Shown: positions 1 to 13,500 of the stretch, piece by piece
Numbering within the stretch: the first letter of the stretch is position 1
How the letters are laid out: every line of letters starts with the position of its first letter
Origin: Amoebophrya sp. A120
Taxonomy: Eukaryota > Protista > Dinoflagellata
DNA length: 64,000 nucleotides
Assembly: GCA_905178155.1 (NCBI GenBank)
Contig: CAJINV010000012.1
Coordinates: forward strand, 3,467,144 to 3,531,143
Direction of reading: 5' to 3'
The notes under the pieces: generated by a model
Seen by the model: only the letters and a program-made list of their open reading frames with translations
Told to the model about the DNA's origin: nothing
Databases searched by the model: none
Program-made: the position numbers and the translations under genes

Positions 1-154
1 CACGACACCAACTCAGACTCTAGGTAGAAGTACAAATAGTGCACGTGACACTTCCAATCTAGTTCTAGAGAGACGCGAGAGAGTTCTTTTCATTTCCATT
101 TCCCACAGCCACCATTTCAACACGCGTGATCGCTCGCGCAGTGCGTACCATGCG

Positions 155-3100
155 ATGCAGCATGACAAAACCTCCACTTCTCAACATCATCAACAAAACC
201 GCTACCAGGACAACCGGTGCTATGATGCACAAACAAGTCGGCCACCGACCGCGAAACAACATGAAGGAACTGGCAATTATATCAACGTAGCAGGTAGTGC
301 TTCATCTGCTTCATCAACGACAGGGAACACGAATAGTAGCAACACCAACAATTCCACCCAGAATCAAAATGGTAATTCGGACAACAAGATGTTGAATCGC
401 ACGACGGCCATTCGCAGTGGGGACGTCGATCAGCAGATGAAACAGAACGAAATCATGCCGGGATTGACGGTGTCTAGCGCAGCTAGCGGTAGTAGTACCA
501 CTGGCACTTCTTCCTCCTCTTCGTCCCAGCACAGCAGATCGCATGTCGTGCCCAGCACGACCGCAATCACTAATGGGATCGTGCATGTCCGTGCGTCGGG
601 TTCGGGTAGTGGTCATCAAATTGGTTCTACTGCAACTCATCACCAGCACAAGCGCGACAGGGACTATCGGAACAACAATTTGCACAAAACCTTCCGACCG
701 CAACCCGGCATGCCCTTGCAGCCGATCGGAAGCAGTGGTGTGCATGTGCAGACGGTGCAGGAGGGGCAAAATCAGAAGTCGCAGTCCAACACGATTGACA
801 ATCGTGTTTCGATGAAGGCGGCTTCCTCTCTGCGGACGAACATCACCAACGGTACGTCGAATACGGCCCAATTAGCTGCGACTAACATTGTGAACCCCCC
901 AATTTTCAACCCGATCACGCAACCGACTTCCAGCTCCGCGCCCCTAGCGCCGTTGAAGCGGAAGAAGCACTACGGCGGGGGGAAGAAATCTTCTACTCGT
1001 GGTCTTCCTGGTACGTACTCCGATGCTGGAGATCATCAATCGGAAGTCGGCGAGGACAGCGATGTGGAGGGTCCACCGCTGCGGAAACACGCTTCGGAGT
1101 CGCTGTTTCTAGACTGCGCGAGGACTCTGTGGAAAACGAATCAGGTCGATCCGGGGAAGGCGAAAGCGATGCTGGACTTGCGGAGTGGTGGACAGAAAGG
1201 GGATCATCTCTTTGCGCGGAGGGAAATAAACAAGGTAAAGTGAAGATTTCGATTTGTATATGAAATGCAAATCCCGCTTTAGACTCAGACAGAGGTAAAT
1301 CCAAACTAAAGGAGATGAAGGGCGGTCGATTGTTGATGAAGATTCTGAAAACATGTAAAACACGGATGATGTTACCTCGCAATATTTCAGCCCTCCAGCC
1401 GCGGTTCAACATCGTCCCAGCAGCAGGTAGACATGTCCGTGAACCTCCTGTGCCCGACTTCCACGAACACTACCCAGGAGCCCATGTCTGGAAAACCCCG
1501 TTGCGACAGCGACGTCAGCCTGATGAGCGTCAAAACTGGACCGGGAGTTGTGATGGTGGAGGAAAGCGAAACCAACCACAATGCGAATATGCATGACGAA
1601 GTGATGAAGATGAACATCATCAGTCAACCCGGTGCAGCAGTTATCACAAGCTCGGAGGAGCAGGAAGAGGGGGAAAATGCGAGTGACAACAACCGAGACC
1701 ATCGCGCTGTTTCCTTCGGCGACGAGTCGGCGTTTGATCTGCTGAGCAAGGGAGAAATGGAGGATGAAGAACATGAAGACAGCAAAGAACACAATGCATT
1801 AAATCAATCCACAAATCATCCGATTGTCGATGTGGACACGAGGAACAGCCACCACGGAAATGTCAGGCATGACAAGCCGGCCCATCGTCAGCGGTCCAAG
1901 TCCTGTTCTTCCAGAAATTTGTCCGAAGCCGCAATTGCACTGGAAAAGATCAGGACCAGTGGGGTTGTGCAGCCGCAGGAGGGAGGAGAATGCAAGAACA
2001 GTAGTACCCAGGAAGACGACAAGGCTGCTATCGCTGTTTCATCCGCCGCGGGCGCTGCCAAGGACGGGTACCAGGATAAAAAGTCTGGTAATAATCATAA
2101 CGGCGGCAAGACTGAGAAGGAGAAGCCGGGAGTCGTGCACAAGCAGGACAAGGAGCCGAGCACGCGGCGCACGATGAAGGAGCTTATGCAGCTACTGTCT
2201 GAAGAGTCGAAGAAACGGTCGGCGGCGAACTCGGTGACGAGTCCAGAATGGACGGCAGCATCAAAAGATGCTGTGAGGAAGCGCCGCAGCTCGGATGTTG
2301 GTATAATGATGAATTGCCGTGATAATGAACAGCTGCACGTAATAGTTAGCAACAACTTGTGATGCGAAAACGGTGCATGATAGAGTTCCCTCCTCCTTGT
2401 GTACAACCGATGCTCATGATGAGAAAGAGAAACTACGATCGCAAAATACCATTTGATTTACAAAAATCGCCAAAAAATCAAAATGCAAAAGGTTCCTTGA
2501 CCGAGTACGAGCACCGGATCTTCAAATACCTGAAAGCCCGCGAAAGCGAATTTCCGATCCCCCACATTTCCCACTTTGTCGACGTCGGAAAGCGTGCTTT
2601 ACTCGTCGACTGGCTGATCTACGTGCACTTGCACTTCAAATGCCGGGAAGAAACGCTGTTCATCGCGGTTTCTCTACTGGATCGGTACCTGCTCAAAGTC
2701 GAGGAGCAGAAGGTCCAGCAGCGGAAGGAACGGGAGCTGTTGGAAAGACAGCAAAGCCGGTTTGGTGGAAGTCAACATGGCGGACGGAACAGGGTTGCTT
2801 CCTTTTCGAACCTGGACCTGATCATGGGCCAGGAGGAACTGTACATCACCGGGATCGCGTGTATAAATTTGCTTTTACTTATTTTTACTAAGTAGTGATT
2901 TTCATTTTTGTGTGATCCCAATGCAATCAAAAATGGTGCGATCGTGCGTGGCAGATCAAAGCTTGTTGCTCGCATCAAGTAGATCCGCATGTTCTTCAAA
3001 GCACAACGCAGCTGTATGCGGAATCACAGTGATGACATGGAACAATAAATTAGTCTTTCGCACTGAGGCTAGTAGCTACGGCTCTGGTTCAGAGGATAGA

Positions 3101-6100
3101 CATTTTCCCACCTAGTCTGATAGTGCAACTTTCGATCTTCATGATGTGCAGGAGAGCGGTTCGATTACGATTTTGAATAGTTCATTACGTTGCGGCGCAT
3201 GAGAAAGTAGATGGTTTTTGATGTGCTTTTTCCCATGAGAAATTGAACTTTTCAGGTTTCCTGATCGCCAGCAAGTACGAAGACATCCACCCGCCGAAAA
3301 TCGAGCAGTTGTTGCAACAGGTATATAGAGAGAAGGCTATTTGTATTGCAGATGCTGCAAGAAAATTTGTGCTTGTAATGCTGTGTGTGCGTATCAACAG
3401 ACTTAGACGTACTTAGATAGAGGAGCGAACGTGAAAGAAAAAGTCGTAGAAGTCGGTCAACGTCAAGCAGATGATTGTGCGAGATTACCATGTGACGAGT
3501 TCTACTAGTAGTTGCGCACGACCATCTTACGCATTGTTCTAGTCAGCAGATAAGCTTTAACCTCTTTGCTTTTCTGTGTTACGACAATGCAAAACCAAAC
3601 CGCATTTTTGTGTACACCTCCTCTGGTCAGCCTGTTTCTGGTTTTCAGAAACTACATGACTGGAATTTTAAGGTCGCAAAATGCGCACTTTTCGCCCTTG
3701 AGAGTTGAAGGTGTGGGTTATTGCTGGTGTAGTTTAATATTTTCACGGCCTTGTCTTGGTACGAGGCAGTGAATTAATATTTCACACTGGCAAGCAAAAC
3801 TCTCCCGGCCTTCTTAGTGTGGCGAAGGACAGTGCTACTTTTTTTAATTTGTGAAGATTGAGCGATATTTAGGTCTCTGTTTAGTTTCTTCTAGGAGGCA
3901 TCTGTATGACTGGAGTTGAAGAGCGTTTTTTAAGCACGCCTTCCGTGAAAGCGTGTCCTCTGCTACGAAGAGGGAGTGCAGCAGGAAAGCCGCTCTTCCT
4001 GCGCCACCTGAGGGAGCGAAATAGTCTAGGGCCAGGCCCAAACTCCTTTGCCTGTCGTTCTCCCTAACAAAGGGGAATAAAAGAGCGCTTTTCATCCCTC
4101 GAGTTGCGGCATTTAGCACCGCTATTCTGGCTACCCTGGTTGACATTTTTCGGAAGAAACAATCGGCGCGGATAGCACGAGATGTGTGTTTCTGCTCTGG
4201 TCATGCGCCGATGCTGACGCTCCTCGGGAGGAGGTACCACCCTTGCGAGATCAGCCGGTTCTGCGGATGCGCTTTGCGAGGGTCTAAACAGCCTGAGGAC
4301 CGCAGCGTAGCGTGTCGGATAGTCTCTGGCTGTCCTGGCAGTCCGTGCAGTTTTACTGCAGTCAACAGGGCGAGCGCGAGCGCGAGCGGGTATTTATAGG
4401 TAAAGCGAGCGCTTTGCGCTTCTATTGTAGAGATCATTAAGCCCCCACAGCTGCGCGACAACCTGGTCCACTTTTGTCAATTTTCCGCGAATTCCCAGTG
4501 TTTAGCGTAGCTATTCTGGCTACCCTAGTCGGCGTTTTCCCTCGCTTTAATTCGCGCGGGTAGCACAAACAACTGCGCATATCTGCACTTTGCACGCGCC
4601 GAATCTGAGGCTCCGGCTGGCCTGGATTCCCCGGCCGCTGCGAGCCCAGCCGGTTCCGCGGGTGCGCTCTGAGAGGAGCTGGCCACTCTGAGGACCTCAG
4701 CGTAGCGTGTCGAGCGGCCTCTGGCTGTTCTGGCAGTCCGCGCGTTTTTTGCTGATCCCCGGCGGAGATCGGGCGTGCGTGCGGGGTATAGCTAAAGAGG
4801 ATTCTGCTCTAGAAGATGCGGCACAGCTACAGCCTGCCCAAAAATCCTCGTCGAAGGTTTTGGTTTTGCCCGAGGTCGTGTGTTTAGCAGACGTAATCTG
4901 GCCACCTGCCTCGTATCCTTTTTCCGCATTTTCATTTACGCGGGTAGCGCCGAGTGCGCGTTTCTGCTCCTCTCACGCGCCGAGACTGAGCTTGACAGTG
5001 CTCCGGCTGATTCCCAATCGCTCTGCTAGCCATCAAGTTTCAGGCGGTTCTGCGGGTGCGCTGTCAGAGGGCCTGATCTGATCAGCCCGAGGACCTGAGC
5101 GTAGCGTGTCGGGCGTTGATATGATGCCCGGGCAGTCCGCGTGCTTTTTGAATAGACGAGTACTGTGGAGGTACTCACTTCTCTTTTCCAGTTTTTCTCA
5201 GAACAAGCTATTCTTCATCTTTCCTACTATTGTTTCACCCGAAAAGTCATGTTTAGCAGAGGTTATTCTGGCGACGCGGTGAGGTCATTTCCTTCCTGTG
5301 CAAGTACCATGCCGGTAGTGTCTAGCACGCGTCTCTGCATGTTGCGCGCACCATGTCCGACACTGCGGCGCCTCTGCTAGCTGGGGGGTCAAGCTGGGTG
5401 GAGGCGGGTTCTGCGGGCGGTGCAATCTGAGAGGAGCCTGAAGCTTCGATGATCGGAATGTAGCGCGTCGAGCGCTGTCATCTGTGTGCGAGGCGGGCAC
5501 GATACACATGGCGGGCTCTGGCAGTCGGCAAGGGGGTGGATTTTTGCTACTGCTGGGGGCAATCCTTGCACAGATGGCTGTGGCCTGTGTTGATAGGGTC
5601 GCAGGCACTTCATTTCATCGAAGAAGCTTAAGCTTTCCCGTAGTTTTTTTGTTCGCGAAAGACCGTGTTTAGCAGAGCAATTCTGGCGACCCCTTAGCGC
5701 TCTTGCTTCAAATTCTTGGGCACGCGGAGAGCCGACACGGGTCGGCAAATCTGCCATATTGGCACGCCATGTAAGTTTCGGTGCGGCGCTGCTAGCTGGA
5801 GCCCTCCGAACTTCGGGTCCTGCGGGTGTGCACATTGAAGGCTTGAGTTCAAGCCTGATGATGGGGCATAGTGCTGGGAGAGAGGCGTGCAGCTTTCCCG
5901 GAAGACGTACTGCAGCTCCCTCCGGCAATCCGCGTGATTTTACATGGCATATTGACATGGACAACGCCACTTTTTTTGCGCGAAAGCTCGTAGCTAGCAA
6001 CTCTATTTTGGCGACCCCGCGAAACCCTTGTCCGTAGTTTGTACGAGTGCGCGGAGAGTCTGTCCCTACACAGGCAATCCTGCCATGCGGGCACGCCATG

Positions 6101-8333
6101 CCCAAACTCATCGCCATGCATAATCAATCCACCAGCAAACCGTTACGTTTTTCAACAGGCCAACCTCCATGCGGAGAAGGAGCAGCACAAGAACGGTGGA
6201 CGGTGCAATGTGATCAAGAAGGAGCAGATTCTGAAGGCCGAGGTGGTGATTCTGAACATGGTGAATTTCGACATCAACCCTGGAACCTTCTCCATGGACT
6301 TCCTCAAGCGCTTGATCCGCGTGACCAAGGAATTTGACCACATTGTTTACCCCCAGTGGCTAAAAACCCGGGACGCAGAGACGCAAACCCGGGATTTTCA
6401 AATCGCGAAGGCCATGATGGAAATGTTGGCGTTGTTCTTACTGGAGCTAGCGATGATCGACGCCAGTCTGTTCTCCGCGCACGAAGCCAGCTCCGTCGCA
6501 GTCACGGCTTTGTACTCGATAAACTTCTTTTTGCCTACTTTGGATTTTCGCTTGTTCTTCTTCGCATGACAACCTTTCTCGACAACAAGAATGCTATGCT
6601 TGTTCAGAATTCTGTGTTCATCAACTGAGGAAAATTTAGCATTCTCTCTCTTTTCTAGAGCGACAGGACCTCCGTTTCGGCGGTTTTGTTGCCCGGAAGA
6701 GTAAACGCTTTTGACTTCATTCGCTATCTGATGTTGAGCATATTAGTCCTGCTGGAGTTGTCACTATGAACGTCTCGATAAAACAAAGAAGATCCTTGAT
6801 TAGGACCACGCATGACAAAGTTCTGAAAGTATAATCGAAGATGAATTGAATGCGTCCTTGTCCAAAAACAGGGTCCTTGCCTTGAAGATCTTCGACTTTC
6901 CGCTCCCAGAGGATTTGAAAATAGCACTGAAGAGGGAAATTTCTGATGCGAAATCCCTCGTGAATATGCAATACAAATTTCCTGTCCATGTACAAAATGC
7001 ATTACAAACGTCACCAACTTGGAGCATGCCGCTTGTCATGCTAGATAGAATTGAAGGAAAATAATTTTGTCATGCAGAAACAGCATTTGTACATGTACAG
7101 GAAGTCTCCTGTGGATAGTGAAGCCGGAGATCATGAATTCGATGCGGAACATCTGGGACGCGTCCGGCCGGGAGAATTTTCTGTACTCGAATCTGCCCCG
7201 GAAATTTCGGACGGACACCTACTTCAGCATCGCGAAGTGGACGCTGATCCTGAAGGACGCCATGCACATGCGGGAAACGAAGGAGAAGGAAGAAATCGCG
7301 AAGGCAGAGTCGATCCAGCAGAAAAAAGTTGCTTCATCATCAAAACAGCACCACTCTACTATTTCCTCAGCAGCCTCGCCAGAACAGCAGATCAGGAGCG
7401 CCAGCAAGTGCAATGACGAGGACGATGATGTGTACCCACCCAGAGATGTTCATGTGGTTCACAGCCGCCCCGGTAGCAAGTCCTCCACAACTTCCTCATC
7501 CACCGGCGGAAAGAAGAAGAAGAGAATGTCGAAACCAACAACTGATCACAGCACAAACAGCTTGGCGCGAACCAGCAATCAGAATACCTGCAGTCCGGAA
7601 ACGTCGAGTCAGAGCGAGTACTCGGTGAGTGCCATGGGGAGCAGCAGCAGTGAGAATAATCACAGCCGGAGAGTGTCACGGGTGGATGGCGGAATTAGTA
7701 TGTCGCCCGACGAGCCGATGGTGGAACAAGGCAGTAATGCTAATGCGATCGGGGCAGTGAAGGCAACATTTGCTTCTACTGCAGTTGTTGGTGTTGCTGG
7801 CGCTGGGACATCAAAGCCGCGTGATATTCACCCGCCCGGGAAGTTCGGAACTGCGCGATTGTCGTCTATGTCTACTTATGAACTGCAAAAGTATCGTACT
7901 CGTATAAATGCATCACAAATTTCCCCAGCATGAGAAACTAAATTTGTCATGCGGATTTACCTTAGGAAAAAAATTTGCAATGCAAGACCTGCATTTATAC
8001 GAGTGCGATACTTTTGCACAGGATACTGCCGGCAGTGCCTGCTCACCACCGGAGGCGCATTATCAAATGTAAAAGTGTCTGGGTCTGGAAGAATGCAAGT
8101 TGTCATGCTAAATCTGAAGCATGCAAAAATCTGTGTTGCATGATTACCAGAAGTCGTCCAGTTTTGACCAAGTCGGGGGGGAGTTTCTCATGCAGGATAG
8201 GCATGAGAGAGATCGCACAGAATCTGTCATGCTAGGTCCTGCATTCCAGACCTCCTGGGTCATGGAAAAGCTGCATGACAAATCGCGCATTCTTCCAGAC
8301 CCAGACACTTTTACATTTGATACGCATCACTGA
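155..8333 (+). CDS. Cyclin (A/B-type cyclin box) with long low-complexity N- and C-terminal regions; multi-exon
   Basis: GT-AG introns 1235-1390, 2301-2491, 2861-3255 and 3321-6158 join in frame to give RALLVDWLIYVH..EETLFIAVSLLDRYL..GIACFLIASKYEDIHPP..KEQILKAEVVILN. Junctions between ~6510 and 7100 are unresolved. Two introners near the end give ..STGSACSPPEAHH*. The frame is open back to the window start, so the true start may lie upstream. Confidence 0.9.
4100..6050. repeat. Degenerate ~380-bp tandem repeat (5-6 units) inside the 2.8-kb cyclin intron
   Basis: TTTAGC-n(5-6)-ATTCTGGC-like anchors at ~4112, 4501, 4883, 5252, 5668, 5994; GAGGACC..AGCGTAGCGTGTCG at ~4295, 4690, 5089. Confidence 0.7.
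7877..8025. mobile_element. Introner family A (TIR TAT-n4-TGCAAAAGTATCGTACT)
   Basis: ~35-bp TIR; TSD ctact/ctgcc; removal with one TSD copy keeps the cyclin frame. Confidence 0.85.
8061..8322. mobile_element. Introner family B (TIR TAT-n4-TGYAAA..TGTCTGGGTCTGGA)
   Basis: Perfect 36-bp TIR; TSD cgcat/cgcat. Confidence 0.92.
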
Positions 8334-10586
8334 TAGTCGATTTACCGGCTCTAGCGATCGTGCTGTTGTTCTTGCAGCGGAGTGGAAACAAAATGGGGGA
8401 GTAGAGACAAGTGTAGTTTCTTCGCACCGCTGCAGGAACAGGACGGGATTTTAAATGAATGATTCCTTTTTATTGGGCCGCACGAAGTGATTCACACTCG
8501 TATGAGCTTCATCAGATGACCGTATTTATGAATAGAGTGTCCGTGTTTTCGTCGTTGCGTGATGCAAGCCATGTTTAAAACATGGCGCCGTGCGGGTGCA
8601 GCGACTAATTAGTTGTACCGGAGAACGAGGAAGTGAAAGAGTGCCTGTCTCCCATTTCGCCAGTGCTTACAGACAGAGATTTAAAGGTTTTCATCCGCAA
8701 TGAATAATAGGAAAGTGTAGGTGAACTATCAGTATCACCGCGTTTTTCTGTGTTGTGACTCCACGTATAGAGTTCTAAGCAGTTCAGTTGTATGTAGGCA
8801 TACTGTTTCCTCATCAAATCAGCCTCAAAATTTTCGACTCTTGTATTCTTTCACCCGATGTTCATATTACCATTTCTGCTTGTATCACCCAATGAGTTAG
8901 TTCGACGTATTTCTGCGCATTCATCTTGTTGTAGTTCTGAGAAGTGATCTTCTACTTGTTCCCTAGTGCTAGTAACACTACCCGTAAAAACCGTTCACGA
9001 CTACAGCTGAACAAAATTACATGACTCTTCAAGTCTAACCCATTCCGGCGATTCTGCACAGCAACGGTGCTTTTCTATGTACAACTATAGCGACTCGACA
9101 AAAACAGGTAGAATTAGGATAGATGAAGTGCCAATCGATATGAACAAGAATTTTTTCGTAAATAAAATGTACCAACAACATCCCGCCCCAAAGAATTATC
9201 AAAGAAAACTATAACTCTGTTCTGCTTCTCCTATGAATTTTCTTTGTATTATTGTGCTACCTAAGTTCTACTTCTATCTCCCACCCAGTCCGAAAGTTTT
9301 GAATTCTTCTAAATGACAGTAACTAAAAGCTGCAATTTGTATAGCGGACGCTCGCTTTGGCGTTCGCTTGCGATGTCGCGTATTCCTCGGTCGCTTATAG
9401 TTCTTCGTCTCTTTCTTTCTAGGTTTTCTTGCAGATAGTAGCGATCTTCTAGATGTAGGAGCTTCGTCTAATACAAGATCGTGCTCTACTAGTGACTGTG
9501 GTGTCGAGAATTCAGCGCGAAGTTCAAATCATGACTCTAGACTCTAGAGCACCCACGGACCCACCAGCACTGCAGTTTCACAAACAAAAACAAGCAGGAA
9601 CGCCAACTTTCATGGATCGGCATTTCTTGCTCTACGACTACGATTTGTTTACCGCTAGCTTTCTGTAGTAGTCTCTCCAGTTTGTTTTCAGCTTTCCTTT
9701 TGCTCAGTACTGATTCAGTACAACAGAGGGAATTTATTAGCACAATCGACAACGACGACGAACACAAGTAACAGCCACAGCAATCAAAAAATATACCCTA
9801 TCTATGAAGAAGAGTTTTTAATCCCGCCACCCTACCTGCGAAACAATTCAACCGTTCTGCTGAGATACTTGCGAATGAACCCGAAAATTGACTCTGATGT
9901 AGATGTGTAGTAGCATCACGAGTACTCGTTCGAAGCCGAGGATTTTCACGTGACTGATATTTTCTCCGCCATTCGGCCTCTGGCAGTTACTACCTCCCAA
10001 GGGAGTTGCGCCAGGCTGTTGTCGTTAGTTGTTGTGTTTATTTCTTTGTGTTTCTTAGAAGTGGCCGGTGGGGCCGCGGTGCCTTTCTTTGCGCGTGGAC
10101 GCGGCGGAGTAGGAGTGCGGTGGTATTTTGTGGTTGATACAACAGCAGAACAGACTGAAAAAACTTTTTCCTTTCCATGTTGAGAGCGGAGCAATTGACC
10201 TGTCGATATTCACTAGAGCATCAGCGAATATTTGTTGTTTCGGGAGCGAAATCTACTTTCTTCACTGTTACTCGTTTCACAGCTCGATTTTTTTCTGGAG
10301 CGCAGGACCGTTGAGTTGGCGCCGCACAGTTTCTGAGTTTTTGCGCTGGGATGTTTCTACTTCTTTGGAAAAAGTTGCACTCACTGCACCAGCGCCACGA
10401 GGGAGGATTGAGAATGACGCTGACGCACGGCATAGCTCTGGTTGCAGCCCCGGGTGTTGCACGAAATTCAAATTTGTTTGTGGTGAACCATGCAAAGGTT
10501 ATTTCTTCATCGCTCGAACCTGCTGTAGATGCAATAAACACACGACACGTAAATCTTCTAAAAAAATCTTTTGAATCTTCAACAAA

Positions 10587-13500
10587 ATGCCTGCACAGCA
10601 AGCTGCAGAGCACGACGATGGCGACGATTCTCCTAACGAAAACGACGTGATTTTCTTCGCGAAGGAAACAAACACCTCGTCTGCAACGGAAGATGGGACG
10701 CAAATCCAGGTAAAGCAGCCACAACCGCATCAAGATTCTGCGGATCACCGAGAAAACAACGAGCACCAATTCACCGCACAAGCAACCAGCTCGGATGACC
10801 AACAGGAAGGGCTCCCAGGTGTAGTTGGTTCTCGTGCAGCTGCTTCATCAGGTCGCGGTGGTCCACCCGCGCCACCGCCTGCACCGCCCGCGAGCCGGAG
10901 TACGGCTGGTGCGAGGATGATGAACTCTAGCGAAGGCGGGAGCAAAACTAAAGATGAGAAAGTACTTCGAGCAAACGACCTCGAAAAGGAACCAGAAGCG
11001 ATTTCGCCAGAGGACGAAGACGTCAATGGTCTCAAGGAGCCGGAACCGCCGCCAGAAGAAGGTGGAACGGCCCCCGAACAAGTTGGGGGTGGTGAAGCAG
11101 ATAGAACAAATACCGCAGATCTAGTACTACCCGTTGCAAGCGGCGAAGAACTTCTGCAGCAAGGAGCTGCACACAGTAACAGCGATGACAATCCGACACT
11201 GGACGAACTACCTGCTTTGCCCGACGCAACCTCGGGGGCAGAAATAAGAGCGAATCAGGTTTCGGTGTTGGCACAGGAGGAAAATGCGAAAGCGCTTGCG
11301 TCTTCCTCCCCACCTGCGATAAATGCTACGGCGGGACCGAGTGGAACCGCTGTTCGACTTCGAACAAGCACTGCTGTTCTCCGCACCGGCCCCAACTGGT
11401 ACTGGACCTGCACACCGGAATTTGCGAAATGGTCTTCTGACCCTTTTACGAGAGGCAGAGGCCAAGAATCTACTGCAACTACAAACGTGCTACCAACGGC
11501 AGAGTTGTCGGCTTCTTCAGCAACTACGAACAACCTCTCTCTGCGGCTCTTCGTGACGATTTGGAATTTGCACGGGAAAACCCCGCCGGCGGATTTCTCC
11601 ACCTGGATTCCGCATTCGAAGGAGAATCTGCATCACCTCTACGTGATCGGCACGTGCGAATCGTGTCAGACGATAAACCGGGCGATACTCCGCCCGAAAC
11701 GGTCGAAATTGGCCAAATACGCCAGGGACTTTGAGACGTTTCTGAACTCGATAGAAGTGGAAGAAAACGGGGATGCAGAAAATCACGCCGAGTTGTCCCG
11801 ATCTCCAGAAGGGCTAGGGTCAGCAGACCAGCAACTCCCACTGTACACCCCGATCGTGATCAACTCGCTGGGGGCAACGCACTTGATGGTCTTCGCGCAC
11901 AGGTCCATTTTGAAGATGATTTGGGACGTGAAAACCACGACGTGCGCCTTATGAAATGCAAAAGTGTCTGGGTCTGGAAGAATGCAACTTGTGATGCTGT
12001 ATTTGGATTCCAAAAAAATCTGTATTGCATGAGTAGCAAACAGAATGCAACTTTTTCTACGCTGAGAAGGCATTTGTTAGGCATCAAGAAGCCCTCAAAA
12101 AATCTGTATTGCTAGGGTATGCATCACAGACATCATCATGGCTCATGCAAAACGTGCATGACAAGTGTCAGAATCTTCCAGACCCAGACACTTTTACAGT
12201 TGATACGCCTGCGGTTTCGGCAACTTGGTCGGGAACAAGGGCGGCGTTTTGCTGGGCATGAGTATCTATGCATTGCAAAAGTATGATCGTACTAGTATGA
12301 TAATCGCGTGACAAATTTTCTCAAAGGGAGAAATGGAATTTGTATATGCTTGCTCAACATCAACAGTTGATGTTGAACATCTAGTTTGCATACCTGCAAT
12401 TTGTCTGTACGATAGTACTTGTGCAATGCATAGCATCGGGTCGAGTTCCTTTCTCTTCGTCTGCAGCCACCTGCCCGCGCACAAGTCCGGGATGAAGCAG
12501 CGGACCGCGGCGTTCAAGCGGATCATGAATTATTCGAAAGTGTATTTGAAACCCGCGAAGAGAATGGCGAGCAATCATGGCGCGGAGGACGAAGAAGAGG
12601 GTCAGCGCTACGATGGCCACCGTGCTGGGCGGGGGACACCAGCTGTTGGAAAAAATACGGCGAACAGCCCAGCCTCGCGTGCTAGGCCGGCATGGCAAGC
12701 TGCTGATGGGGAAGCAGATCATGCTGGAAGATCTTCGACTGAAAGAGCTGGCACTACAGCATCTTCGCAGGAGAACAACCTCCTTCGTGACAGCACAGCA
12801 ACAAACGGACCTTCCTCGTCCATGCGGGTTCAACTCCCGGGCGCGATTTTGGAAGAAGGAGCACACAGGAGCCATGCAGGGGAAGATGATGAATCGTCCT
12901 CGTCTCCAGATGTCGATCTTGATGCTGATGATGATCAAATAAATCAGTCCCGAGAAATAATGCCTGCGCGAATAGTACTGACCGACGTCGATGAAGACGA
13001 TCATTCTACTACGTTGATACAACCAGCAGCACCTCGAGGTGGACAACTGCTGCGCCTGTCACCTACTTTGCCGGTTCGTCATATCAATCCAGGTACAACT
13101 AGCGGGCTACTGTGCGGTAGTAATGAAGATGATGCAGATCATCAGTTTCAAGATGCAGCTTCAGCTATCCTGTGCAAAAGTATCGTACTCGTAGTAATTG
13201 CAGTCATGCATTACAAATATCTTTGCTAAGGTAAATCCGCATGACAAGTTTCATTTCTCATGCTGAGGAAATTTGTAATGCATTTATACGAGTGCGATGC
13301 TTTTGCAATGCATATCAGCTTCCTCCCCCTGCTCTCTCCTGTCGAGTAGATCCAGATCATCGTCGCGCGGTGCAGCAGCCGAATGTCTGCTCTACTCCAG
13401 TCGCAGTCCAACATCAGACGATGATGAAATAAACTCGAGTTCGTCGTCTTCTTCTGATGGGGTTCTGTTCTCGGAAGATGATGAGTTTTCTTCAGAGGAA

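Noticed and set aside
7051-7416. Alternative cyclin frame (LYMYRKSPVD..) via a TTTGTAC direct repeat at 6509/7086
   Set aside because: Third-position GC and cyclin-like YSNLPRKF..YFSIA favour the 7067 frame, which also reads through two introners to a stop
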